Positions 38,491-51,659 of a stretch of DNA of 64,000 bases are shown here, one piece after another. Origin of the DNA: Dictyostelium discoideum. Lineage: Eukaryota. How positions within the stretch are numbered: position 1 is the first letter of the stretch; each line of letters begins with the position of its first letter. Position numbers and translations under genes: made by a program. The notes below the pieces were generated by a model, which saw only the letters and a list, made by a program, of their open reading frames with translations, was not told where the DNA came from and ran no database searches. The stretch spans positions 3,392,001 through 3,456,000 of the forward strand of contig CM000151.3 in NCBI GenBank assembly GCA_000004695.1, in the 5' to 3' direction.

Positions 38491-38824
38491 ATATTATTAT
38501 TAAAAATCATAATTCCCTGAGTTTTTTATAAAGATTTTAATAATCTGATTTTTCATTTTCTTTAAAAAATAGTGGTTATAAAATTTGTAAAACAAATTGG
38601 AGTTATATAATAATAACTTAAAACTTTATTATTTTTAAAACTTGGATTTTTATTTTTTTATTTTTTTATTTTTTTAAAATTTTAAAAATCCAGAAATATA
38701 TGATCATTATTACTTCTTAATTCTTTACAATTTTTTAATTTTTTTACATTTTCTTTTTTATTTTTTAATATTTTCTTTTTTTTTTTTTTTTAGTTTTTGT
38801 CCTACCTAAAACTAAATTTAAAAT

Positions 38825-38855
<31 letters not shown>

Positions 38856-38864
<9 letters not shown>

Positions 38865-40069
38865 TTTTCCTATAAAAGCCATCATAGCTGCGCCAAGCCA
38901 AAGACCGATAAATAAACCAGCACGTAATAAATATTCAAATTTTTTACCTTTACATAATTGTTCCATATCTTCTGGGAAATCCTTGATCATTAAAGAAAAA
39001 CCAATGTAAAGTAAAATACCAGCGCAAACACTATCGAAAACACCTTGAACAATTAAATAGGTTGCACCATTTACATTGAGTGTTGAGGCAACACCAACAC
39101 CAATCGCAATACCAACTGGAGCTGAAAAAGAGAAAATTGCAGTCAACAAAGCTTCATGCCAGTGTGATGTTAATTTAGCGTCTGCTATTCTTGAACCAAG
39201 TGCAACACCTTCAAAAAATTGGTGGAAAGCTAATGCAACCAATAATGCTAAAATAAAAATAAAAATAAAAATAAAAATAAAAATAAATATTTAATTATTA
39301 TAATTAGTTTTTTGTGTTTATTAATTAATTTACCTTTTAAAATTTTATCATCAACAACACCAACAGCCAAACCAATGAAAACTGAATGAACTGTAATACC
39401 AAATTCCAATAAATAAGCTTCAATAGTTTTTAAAGCAGCTGGATCCATTAAAAGACCTCCATGAACATGGCTGCCATGACAATTTTCAACATTTCCAGTG
39501 GTATGGACTTCTTTTAATGAATTGTCTGTTTTGGTTGATGAATCTAATGACATTGATTTTTTTTGTTCTTTGTGGGTTAAATATTGGAGAACTGTAAAAT
39601 CGATAAATTGCATGACAATACCAGCTAACAATGCAAAAAGGTAAGGATAAGCTTCATATCCTTCATGCCAGGAATCTGGTAAACAGTCAGATCCAAGTGC
39701 AACAACTGCTGGTAATAACATATGAATGAGAGCGCATGATAAAACTACACCAATACCAATTGATTTACCAACGATAATAGCATATCTTGGAATTCTTAAT
39801 TTTTTAACATGAGTGGCAACAATTGGAATAACTGTACCAAAAATGGAACAAGCCAAAATAATGAAAATCGCTGCAATATGTATCGGTCTACTATATTGTT
39901 TATCTGGATCTTCTTCACATGAAACACCTGCATGTATATGTCCTTCATGACCACCACCACCATCTTCTTCATGGTCATGATCATGTTCTGAAAAATATAA
40001 TGAAAATAAATTATTAAAAGCATCTTGGCAAACATTTAAAGTTAAAAAATTTGGTGGTACTAAAGACAT
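38856..40069 (-). CDS. ZIP (ZRT/IRT-like) family metal-ion transporter, 2 exons.
   Basis: Exons 40069..39334 and 39247..38856, with GTAAAT donor and TTTTAG acceptor, phase 1. His-rich loops HDHDHEEDGGGGHEGHIHAG and HGSHVHGG. ZIP signature HQFFEGVALGS spans the splice junction region. 7-8 TM segments. Confidence 0.8.
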
Positions 40070-40449
40070 TTTTATTATTCTTTTACCAATATATATATAT
40101 ATATATATTTTTTTTTTTTGATGATAAATTATAAAACAATTATAATCATAAAAGGGGTGAAAAAAAAAAAAAAAATGGTTTGTAAAATTCAATTTAAATA
40201 CAAAAATAGAAATTGAAAATTGGAATAAAAACACTTAAAAAACACATCGCCAAAGTTAAAAAAAAAACATTATAAAAATTAAAAACGGAGTGATCACACA
40301 TCGTTTTGGAAAAAAAAATAATTAAAAAAAAAAATAAAAAAAAAATACAATTAGTAAATTTTTTTTTTTTTTTTTTATATATAGTCCAAAAATTCGATTG
40401 AAGCCAATGTGTATTTCTGTGTCCTTCGAACAACACTTCACAAAGTTAT

Positions 40450-40492
<43 letters not shown>

Positions 40493-40981
40493 GTTTAGGA
40501 AAAAATATCTTTGCCACTTTTTTACTCTTTGTTACTTTTTATACACTTCACCTTACATTTCTTTTTTTATAGTAAATTCTTCAATATTCAAAATCTTTTT
40601 TTTTTTTTTTTTTATCAAAAACATTTGAAAAAAATAAATATTTATTTTGTCCATATTTTTTTTTTTTTTTAAAAAAAAATCTATTTTTTATTACCTACTA
40701 AATATTCTTTAAAATAAAAAACTTATAAATTTCTGATTTTCATTTTTTTTATTTTTTTTTTACATAAAACAATTACAAAAAATAAAATTTTTGGTTTAAA
40801 TTAAAATTAGAAGAAATTTTTTTTTTTTGAAACTTTTGAACTTCACATTTCATTTTATTTTTAATTTTTTAATTAGTTTTATTTGTAACAATGATTTTAT
40901 TTTTAATATGAACTTAGTATAGACACACAAAATGCTTCAAAAATAAAAAAACAATTAAATTATATTCATTTATTTATTTTT

Positions 40982-41012
<31 letters not shown>

Positions 41013-41106
41013 CGTTTTTTTTTTTCGTTTTTTTCCAATCCAAAAAATAAATAAACCAAAAAAACGTTCACCTCTTAAATTTTCAATTTAAATAAATTTT
41101 CAAAAA

Positions 41107-41141
<35 letters not shown>
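41107..41141. repeat. (CA)16 dinucleotide repeat immediately 5' of a start codon.
   Basis: Directly visible, ending about 10 bp before the ATG at 41152. Confidence 0.9.
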
Positions 41142-41143
<2 letters not shown>

Positions 41144-41151
41144 ATTCAATA

Positions 41152-41842
41152 ATGATTGGCATAAGATATGCAAATAGGATCTGTTCAATCAAACCTACTC
41201 ACTTAAATATCATTAGAAGTTTTACAGCAGAATCTCCTGATTTACAAAATGCAGCCAAACCAACTTTAAAATGGAAACCAAGTGAAAATGTTAAAACTAG
41301 ATCCATTAATAAATTCAATGAATCATTTATAAATCCAAAAGAAATAAAAGATGAAATTTCATCTCAACCACCAAAAACTATTACTCAAAAGAATAAAAAA
41401 ACAAAATATACAAAAATTAAATCAACTTTAGCAACTTCAATTTTATTAGATTCAGAAATAACACCATATAAGTATGTATAAATAAATAAATTTAATAAAT
41501 TTAATAAAAAAACTAAAAAATATTAAAAATTTATATATATAGTTTTTCAAGTTATTTAGAAAAAGATTTAATTGGAGTTAGAGAAGTTTTAGATTTATAT
41601 AAAAAAGTTAGATTTGTTAAATTTCCTCAACATCCAGGTGCTATTAATCCATTTTTATTTTTTTTTTTAAGACATAACTATGTTTTGCATTTTGAAGAAA
41701 TTTTATCAACCGAAATATCTGTTGATGATAGCAAAGAATTATTAAAAAAATCAACCTCAAATTTAAATAGTGAATCATATAAAATCATTTTAGATTTTTA
41801 TACAAATAGATTAAATAAAATTATAAACAAAGAAAATGAACG

Positions 41843-41936
<94 letters not shown>

Positions 41937-42326
41937 ATTACATTAAAAGAAGATGTAATTAAAAAATTAAGATTTTGGTTAAGTGTGGTAGAACCAAATA
42001 TTAAATCTTATATTGATTCAGGGAAAAAAGATAATAATGAACTTGCAATTTCATATATATCATGTCAATTAGCATTGGGTAATCATGAGATTGCACTTGA
42101 TTTATATAAAAAAGCATTGAATACAAAGTACCCAAATCGTTTCGAACTTAATTTACTTGATAAATTTCAACAATATTATACAGATACAAATCAAATTGAT
42201 CTTTGTAAACAAATTCTTTTAGATCATTTACAAAATTCAAAATTATTGCGTAATTGCAATCCTATTGGATTTCATTTTAATACAGAGTTTTTAATTAAAT
42301 TATTTAATAAAGAACAACAACAACAA

Positions 42327-42409
<83 letters not shown>

Positions 42410-43035
42410 TAATAATAATATTAGTGAAAATACTCAACCAGATTCACATTTAGAATTAATAGAATTCTTATTATCTGTTGAAAAGATATTAGAAATTAGA
42501 ATGCCTGAAAATAGAATGCCAAAAGTTATTTCAGGATTTCAAAAACGTAATATTTATGAATGTGAAGAAAATGAAAATAATAATTATAATAATTATAATA
42601 ATAATAATAATAAAACACTTTTACATAACAAACCATTACCAATTACATCAATTAGTAATTTTTATAAGAATTTAATGGTAATATTAATTAGAGCTGAACA
42701 AAAACCAATCTATGAATGGATATTTGGATATTATTGTACAAAGTATTCACCAACTTTTGAAATTCATTATGAAATATTATCAAAAACAGTTAAAAAAGGT
42801 TTACTTGAAAATGTAATGCCAATAATTACTCAAATAAGTGATAAATCTGATTTCCTATTAAATAATAAAATGCAATTTGCTATATTGGATTTATGTGTTA
42901 AAAAGAATGATATGAATCGTTTAGATACTTTCTTTTCATTATTTTATAAAAGTTGGGGTTCACAAAATCTTTTAAAATCATCTTTTATTGATGATAGCAA
43001 CAACAACAATAACAATAGTAACAATAGTAATAATA

Positions 43036-43083
<48 letters not shown>

Positions 43084-43814
43084 TAATAAAGAGTAATACT
43101 GATACAGATTATTTAGCAAGTCATACATTTGCAACATTTATAATCTATTGTCAATTAAATAATTATGATGAACTATTTTCAATTTTTAGAAAAAAGATAC
43201 ACACATTGTCAAGTGAACCAATATTAAATAGAATCTATGGTACTATCATCAATTATCTATTATTCCTCGACCGTTATGATTTAGCATTACATTGGTATGG
43301 TGAAATATTTTTACATCCACAAAATATTAAACCATCTCAAACTATCATTGAATATTTCTTACTTTATCATCGTAATCAACAATCAAATAATTATTCATCA
43401 TTAGAATTACTTTGGTTATCACGTTTAGAATTATTTTTAGATAGTAGATTTGAAAAAAAATATTTAAAAAAAAATAATAATAATTATAATAATAACAGTA
43501 ATAATAATAACAATAATAGTGAAGGAGTTGTAGGAATAGGTGAAGCAGGTACAGGTGTAGGTGTAGGTGTAGGTGAAGCAGGTGTAGAAAATGAAATTTA
43601 TAAATTAAAAACTAAAACACTTGGCCCAAGTTCACCAAAATTATTTATTAAAAAATTACAAACTTTAGATGATGAAACACTAAATGGTGCAATTAAAAAT
43701 AATATTTTAAATAAAAGAGAAGGCCTATCAGTCAAACAATTTAATGAATATAAAGAAATGTTAAATAATAAAAATGATGAAAATGATTTTTATATTGATT
43801 TTATAACTAATGAA

Positions 43815-43884
<70 letters not shown>

Positions 43885-43894
43885 TTAATGAAAA

Positions 43895-43929
<35 letters not shown>

Positions 43930-44522
43930 ATGATTTAGCAGATTATTCAAATAAAATACCTAGAGAAATAGCAGACTATAATTTAGAGAAAGCTATTTCT
44001 CAAGAAAGTGTTAAAATGGTTTATCAAGAATTGGAAAATCAAGCTAGAACGGGAATTATAAAGAATGGAAAAACATTTTTATTAGGAATTCAATTTTTAA
44101 AGGATCATGACAAAAAAGCATACTTTGAATTAATTCAATGTCATTCGAAAAAACTCATTAGAGCTATAGTTTTCGATGATGAATTTTATGCTAATCTTAT
44201 AAAATCAAATTTTACACAAGGTATATTTTCACTCTCGAAAGAGCCAATTACACTTTGGGATTCAAGTTCACCAATATTTAACTCTATTATCGTTCGTCTC
44301 ATTTCAATGGGTCATATGGAATTAGCTTCACATTCAATGAGATTTGCCACTGAAATACATTGTCGTTTAGTTAGTGAAGAAATTGAATATGGAATTAAAA
44401 ATTCTGGTCCAAGAATTCATATACCTATGCAAACTCTAACTTTTATAAAAAATTTTTTCACCTCAAAAAGAAATTCAAATTATAAAAAAAAAAAAATAAT
44501 AAATAATAATAATAATAATAAT

Positions 44523-44557
<35 letters not shown>

Positions 44558-44690
44558 TAATAATAATAATAATAATTTTGATAGTAGTAATAATAATAAT
44601 AATAAGAACAATGAGGATGATAAAAAAAAGAATCAACAAATTGATTTTAATTTAATAATTGATGAAGTTGGAATTATTGTCAAAAAATAA
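41152..44690 (+). CDS. Large hypothetical protein of at least 1100 aa with an N-terminal mitochondrial-presequence-like segment, poly-Q/poly-N tracts and a helical-repeat (TPR/PPR-like) character; at least 2 exons.
   Basis: Exon 1 is 41152..41471 (GTATGT donor, phase 2), and the large exon ends at 44690. The 1001-aa downstream ORF has no ATG near its start, so it must be joined to upstream exons. An intermediate coding-looking segment about 41547..41650 is out of frame by one T in a T10 run (see findings). N-terminus MIGIRYANRICSIKPTHLNIIRSF is Arg-rich with no acidic residues. Confidence 0.5.
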
Positions 44691-44743
44691 TAAAATAAAT
44701 AAATAAATTAAATTAATTTTACTTTTTTTTTTAAATTTAATAT

Positions 44744-44783
<40 letters not shown>

Positions 44784-45084
44784 AATTTTAAATATTTACT
44801 TAGTGATTAAAAAAAAATATTAAAAATGGATAATGACTCATAAACTAAGAATTTTCCAGGTTTTTATTTTTTTGCAAAATAAATAAATTGGATCCTCGTC
44901 ATCGTTTTGGATGACAAGTTTTTTTTTTTTTTTTTTTATATTTTTTTTTTATTTTTTTTTTATTTTGAAGCAGATCACCCACTTTTTTTTTATTTTTTAT
45001 TTTTTTTGTTTTTTTTATTTTTTTTTTTTGAGAATTAATTACAATTTATAAATTTGTATTTATAAATAAATATATATATAAAAA

Positions 45085-45327
45085 ATGGTTAAAAATATAA
45101 AAATATTTTTATCATTATTTTTTGTAGTTGTATTAGGTTTATTAGCTACAACAGCAAATTCAATGGTTATTGGTATTGATTTAGGTTCACAAACATTTAA
45201 AGTATCATTAATTAAACCAGGTGCATTTGAAACCGTTTTAAATGAACAATCTGGTAGAAAAACAATTTCATCTGTTGGTTGGTTTAAAGATGAAAGATTA
45301 TTTTCTTCTGATTCATTTAGTGTTGTA

Positions 45328-45398
<71 letters not shown>

Positions 45399-46067
45399 AA
45401 CTTACACAATCCAAAATATTTTTATTTATTTTTATATTTATTTTTTTTATTTATTTATTTTAATTTAATTTTTAGTGGGCTAGAAATCCAAAACAAAATT
45501 ATAATTTAATTCAAGCATTTTTAGGTATTAAATATAAAGAAGGATTAGTTGAAGAGATTAGTAATGGATTACCATTAGGATTTAAGGTAAAGAATGATAC
45601 TGTTAGAAATACAGTTTCAATTGTATACGATGATGATACCAATTATTCAGCAGAGGAATTGACAGGTATGTTATTAAGAAGAGTTAAGGATATGGCATCG
45701 TCATATGCAGGTTCATCAATCAAGGATTGTGCAATCACAATTCCACCTTACTTTACACAACAACAAAGACAAGCATTATTGGATGCTGCTCAATTAGCAG
45801 GATTAAATGTTTTATCATTAATTCATGATGTCAATGCAGCTGCATTATCATTTGCAATGGATCGTACTTTCTTAGAAAAGAATGAGTCCGTTATCTTTTA
45901 CGATATGGGTGCAAGACATACCTCTGTATCATTAGTTGAATTTGAATCTCATAATGAACAAATCAAAGGTGTCAAAAAGAATAAAACAGTTTGTAAGTAT
46001 AATTTCAAATCACCCATTTTTTTTTTTTTTTTTTTTTTTATTATTTATTAATTTTTTTTTTATTTTT

Positions 46068-46105
<38 letters not shown>

Positions 46106-46486
46106 TAATTATAGCATCAGCATCAGTTAAAGGTATTGAATGGGATGAAAAATTAGGTGGATTTGATTTTGATATGGTAATTGTAAATCATTTGAAAACA
46201 TTATTAAAGAAACAAATTCCATCAGCCAATGTTGATGATATTAAGATTACAATTAAATTATTAAAAGAAGTTGGAAAAATGAAAGAAAATCTTAGCGTAA
46301 ATCAACAAGCTCAAATCTTTATTGGTAGTTTAGTTGATGATCATGATTTCCAAGCAACCATTTCAAAACAACAATTTGAAGAATTATCACAATCATTAAT
46401 TGAACGTTCATTATTACCACTAAAAAAATTAATTCTTTCAACTGGTATTAAATTAGTATGTGTTGTTCATACACTTCATTTTATTA

Positions 46487-46566
<80 letters not shown>

Positions 46567-48304
46567 TACTGTTAACAGTACTAATATTAAATATATTTGT
46601 TTATTTATTTATTTATTATAGAAAGATATTGAATATTTTGAAGTTATTGGTGGTGGTGTTAGAATTCCATTTATTCAACAAGCATTAAAAGATTACTTAA
46701 AGAGAGATACATTAGATAAACATTTAAATGGTGATGAAGCAATGTCAAATGGTGCTGCATTTTATGCAGCAAGTTTAACACATTATTTTAAAGTTAAAGA
46801 AATTAAACTTAAAGATATTTTATTAAATTCAGTTGATGTTGAAATTAATAATAATATAATTAATAGTGGCGGTGCTGGTGAAACTTTATTAGAAGAAACT
46901 GAAGATAATGAAGATAATGAATTAAATAATAGTGGTAATGAACAACAACAACAACAACAACCAACTATTAACCAAGGCGGATTAAAGGATAAAAAAATTC
47001 AATTATTTAAAGTTAATTCAAAATTAGGTATAAAGAAAACTGTTTCATTTTCATCAGAGAATGGATTTTCATTATTTTTAAATAATCCAACAATTAATAA
47101 TCCATTAGCAACTTATACAGTTTCAAATGTACCAACACCAGGTGAAAAATATAATTTCACTGGTAAACCAAAGATTCATTGTTCTTTCCGTTTAACCACT
47201 AGCGGTATAGTTGTTTTAGAGAAAGCTGAAGCTGAAATCACCGTTTCATTAATTAAACCACAACCACAACAAAATAAAACATCCTCATCAACAAGCACAA
47301 CTAAAAAGAATACCACCACAATTGAAACAACTGATGGTGGTAGTGAAGAAACTACTGATGAAACTACAACCAAACAACAACAACAACAAGAAAAAGAAGA
47401 GGAAGAAGAAGTTGTAGTTGTTGAAAAAGTTATTGAATATATTCAAAAAACAATTAGAGTACCATTAAATTTCACAATTAAATATAATGGTTGTGTTGAA
47501 CCATTATCAAAGGAATTAAGTCAAGAAAGTAATGATAGAATTAATAAATTGGATCAAGTTGATAGAATTTTAAGAGAATTAAGACAAGAGAGAAATAATT
47601 TAGAATCATTTATTTATGAAACTAAAGATAAATTGGAATCTAATGAAGAATATTTGAAATGTTCAACTCAACAAGAGAGAGATCAATTGGTTGAAGAATT
47701 GGATAAAACATCTGCATGGTTATCGGATGCTTTGGATAATGATAATACTGAAACCGAGGAATACCGTAAACAATTGAAAGATATTAAAAAGAAAGCTGAC
47801 AAAATCGTTAACCGTGTCTCTCAATACCAATTGGTACCTGTCGCATTGGAAGAGTTGGAAGACACTGTTGATAAAGTTAAACCAATGTTTGAAATCGCTT
47901 CAAAGGATTTAAATGTAACCGCTGAGGAATTAAAAGAAACTACTGATAAAATTCAATCCGTTTCCGATTGGGTACAAGAAAAGAAATCTGAATTCAAATT
48001 AGCTGATTATTCAAAAGATTTACAAACTTCCTCTTTTGATATTAAATTTAAACTTTATGATTTAGAAAGAACAATTAAAGAAATTTTAAAAAAGAAAAAG
48101 AAACCTGTTAAACCATCCTCCTCTAAAAAAGATAAATCTTCAAAATCTTCAAAAGGTAAATCAAATTCAACTGATGAAAAAGATCAAAAACAAAAAGAAC
48201 AAAAAGAACAACAACAACAACAAAAAGAAGAATCTCAATTCCAAAATGATGGTGCTGAGGAACAACAATTTGAAGATGATCATAAAGTTCATGATGAATT
48301 ATAA
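45085..48304 (+). CDS. ER-resident Hsp70-superfamily chaperone Grp170/ORP150 (HYOU1) homolog with C-terminal HDEL; 4 exons.
   Basis: Exons 45085..45324, 45476..45992, 46115..46455 and 46622..48304. Signal peptide, then [33 protein letters not shown], which parallels the HYOU1 N-terminus. NBD motifs [21 protein letters not shown] and [12 protein letters not shown], a long acidic C-terminal domain, and the terminal ER retrieval signal HDEL. Confidence 0.85.
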
Positions 48305-48427
48305 ATAAAAAAATAAATGTTATTATTATCAAATAACTATTTATTACTTTTTTTTTTTTTTTTATATTTTGTTTTTTTTTTTTTTTTATTTATTTTTTGT
48401 GGAAAAAGGAAATTAATTATAATTTGT

Positions 48428-49054
48428 TTAAGCTAAACCTAATCTTCTACGTTCGGCCATTTTTTCTTCATTTGCTTTTTTCTCTTCTTCTTTACGTTTT
48501 GCTGCTTCTTCTCTTTGTTTTCTTATGACTTGTAATCTTTCGAGATCACTTTTTTGTTGTTTTTCGTTTTGTCTTTGAGTTGCGGCTTGTCTTGCGAGTT
48601 CTTCTTTTTCTCTACGTGAAAGTTCAACTTTAGCGTTTACATTGATTTCACTTAGTTTTTTAGTAACTTGTTTCATTCTATTTGGATTAGCGATTTCGTC
48701 TTCACTATCACTTTCTTTATCTGAATCGTCTTCACTATCGCTCTCTTGTTGTTTTTTAGTGGTTGGTGGTCTTTTAGCTGCTGGTTTTTTGGCATTTGGA
48801 TTTCTAGAGACAATGACTGGTTCATCATCACTTGAATCACTACCTAATTTACTTTTATTATTATTATTTTTTGTTTCATTTTCTGAACCTGATTCAGAAC
48901 CAGAATTATCATCACTATCGCTTTCTTGATTTCTCTTTATAATATCCTCTTCATCATAAACACGATCACGACTAATTTTTCCTTTACTTCTTTCATAATC
49001 ACGACCAAATGTTTTGGTTGGTGCTACTTTACCACCTCTCTTTCCACCTGCCAT
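48428..49054 (-). CDS. PDAP1 / 28-kDa heat- and acid-stable phosphoprotein (HASPP28, CK2 substrate) homolog, single exon.
   Basis: [17 protein letters not shown]...[13 protein letters not shown]...[24 protein letters not shown] aligns to human PDAP1 IENPNRVAQTTKKVTQL...ELSRREREEIEKQ...[24 protein letters not shown]. Acidic SDSEDD clusters typical of CK2 sites. Confidence 0.8.
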   Translation of the reverse strand: [208 protein letters not shown]

Positions 49055-50741
49055 TATTATTAATTATTTGATAATTGTACAATAAAAAAAAAAAAAAATT
49101 TTTAATAGTTTTTTTAAAAAATAAAAATAAAAAAAAAAAATATTTTTTTTATTTTTTTTTTATTTTTTTTTTATTTTTTTTTTATTTTTTTGAAAATTTT
49201 TTGAAAAATAAAAAAAAAAAAAAAAAAAAGGAAAAATTAAATAAAAAAAAATAAATTAATAAAAAAATAAAAAAAACAATTGTATATTTTTTGTTAAAAT
49301 ATTTAGTAAGACATTATTAATAATTATTTTTTATTTTTTTTATAATTTTAGTTTTTTTATTTTATTTTATTTTTTTATTCTGCTATTTACCATAATTAAA
49401 CCTTTAGAGTTCTTCATTTATATTTATATATCTATATAATATAGATGGAATTCTAAAGGAAAAATATGGAAAATAACAAAAAAAAAAAAAAAAAATTAAT
49501 AAAACTATATAAATTTATATAAATTCTTAAAAAATAATAAAAAAAAAAAAAAAAAAAAAAAATAATAATAATAAAACTAATAAGTTTTATTATTTTTTAT
49601 TTTTTTATTTATTTTTATAATTTTTAAATCTTTAAAATCTCAGAAGGTTGTACGAAGATAAATTAAAACATCATAGTTGTTGTTATTTTGCTGTACATAG
49701 TAAAAAATCAAAATCATAAGATTTCACTTAATGTGCGATTGAATTAAAAAAAAAATAAATAATAAAAAAAAATAAAAAAATTATTATTATTAGAATAGTG
49801 TTTTAAAAATAAATTCTTGGAGATAAAGTTAATTTTAGAATTTTTTGATAGAATTAGGCAATCAAATCACAATCGCCATTATTTATTTTTAATTTTTTTT
49901 TTTTTTAATTTTTTTTTTTTTTTTTTGTCTCTGGGTGGGAGCATTATTATTAATTTAATTTATTGTTTTTTTTTTTTTTTTTATACATTGATTTTTTTTT
50001 TTTTTGGTTTTCAATTTGTATTTTTAATTTATTTTTTCCATTCCAGTATATTATTTAAAAAATATAAAAAAAATAAATAGTAAAAATAAATAATTATTTT
50101 ATAATTAAATTAAAAAAGGATAATATAATATTAAATTAAGTTAAAATTAAAAAAAATAATAATAATCAAATAAAAATAGAAAATAATTAATTAAAAATTA
50201 ATATAAATTAAAAAAATAAATAATTTTAATTTTTTTAAAATAATAATTATTAAAAAAGAAATTTATTAATTATACAAATTTTCATTATCAAAAAAAAAAA
50301 GAAATAACAGTAAAAAAAAAAAAAAAAGTAAACTCAAATCATATTTACTACTTTTGTATTACAGTATATTTTGTTTAAATTATTTTATTTTATTCACACA
50401 TGCATGTATGCATTTTGGGTAAATTGGAAAATAAAAAAAAAAAAAAAAAATATTAAAAGAAAATAATCTTTAATCAAGTTTATTTATTTGTTAATCATTA
50501 ATTATTTTTTTTATTTAAACATTCTAAGAATATTTCCAAGTGAATAAACAATTCTTTATTTTATTTTTTTTATTTTTTTTTTATTTTTTTATTATTTTTT
50601 TTGTTTTTTGTTTTTTTTTTTTTTTTTTAATTAAGTTTTTTTTTTTTATTTTTATTTTTTTTTAATATAAAAAATTTTTTTTTTTTAATTTTTTTTAAAT
50701 TTTTTTTTTTTTTAATCCCATTTTTTTTATTTGTTTTGTTT

Positions 50742-50778
50742 ACCCACTCACCCACTCACACACACACACTATACATAC
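50742..50778. promoter_or_regulatory. C/A-rich element (CACCC / CACACA boxes) about 530 bp upstream of the PTP gene; a candidate CAE/G-box-type developmental promoter element.
   Basis: tacccactcacccactcacacacacacactatacatacc stands out in an otherwise AT-rich intergenic region. It resembles the CA-rich elements bound by G-box binding factor in Dictyostelium developmental promoters. Inference only. Confidence 0.3.
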
Positions 50779-51305
50779 CACTTTCACCCATTCAAAAATA
50801 CCCTTTTTAATAAATAAATAATAATTAAAAAAAAATTAAATAATTAAATAATTAAAATAATAATAATAATAATAATAATAATTAAATATATATAATCTTT
50901 AAATATTATACATAAATAATTATTATCACTATTAAATACATTTAGGACAACAAAAAAAAAAAAAAACAAAAAAACAAAAAATAAACAAAAAAAAAAAAAA
51001 AAAAAAAAAATATAGTTTTTAAATAGATTAATATCGTTTAAAAATTCTTATTTTTTTTTATTTTTTTAAAGAGAGTGGCAGTAATATTAATTAAAAAAAC
51101 TATTAAAAACCTTTTAAAAAAAAAAATTGTAGTGTTAAAGAATCAAAGTAATAACAACAGCAATAGTATACATACATTATTTAAGCAACATACAAGCAAT
51201 AACAATAACAATATTAATAATAGTATTAAAAACGATAATTTAATAATTGGTGGTAACAAATTTAAAATTATAAAAAACAACAACAATAACAATAATAATA
51301 ATAAT

Positions 51306-51623
51306 ATGGGATCAGTTGAAAGTTCAAATCAAATGAATGGATCCATTGAAAATAAAACAAATAAGATTGATATTAGTGTATTGAGACCATTACCAACTAG
51401 AAGCAATAGCTCAATATCATTAAGTTCCTCTTCTCATAGTTCATTCAGTAGAATGGGATCACTAGGTTCATTACCAACAAATTCTGGTTCTTCTTCACCC
51501 TATTACAATAATAGTTCATTTGATCTTGTTGATGAAGAAAGAATTAAATCTTCAATTTATAATTTAAAAAATCATATTAAATGTATTCATAAAATTAAAG
51601 AAGAATTTAGAGTAAGTTTTAAT

Positions 51624-51659
<36 letters not shown>

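Noticed and set aside
51075-51305. Upstream in-frame extension of the PTP ORF (MAVILIKKTIK...)
   Set aside because: It begins with a non-ATG codon. The first ATG at 51306 yields exactly 522 aa after splicing. The upstream part is Asn/Lys-rich, typical of 5' UTR.
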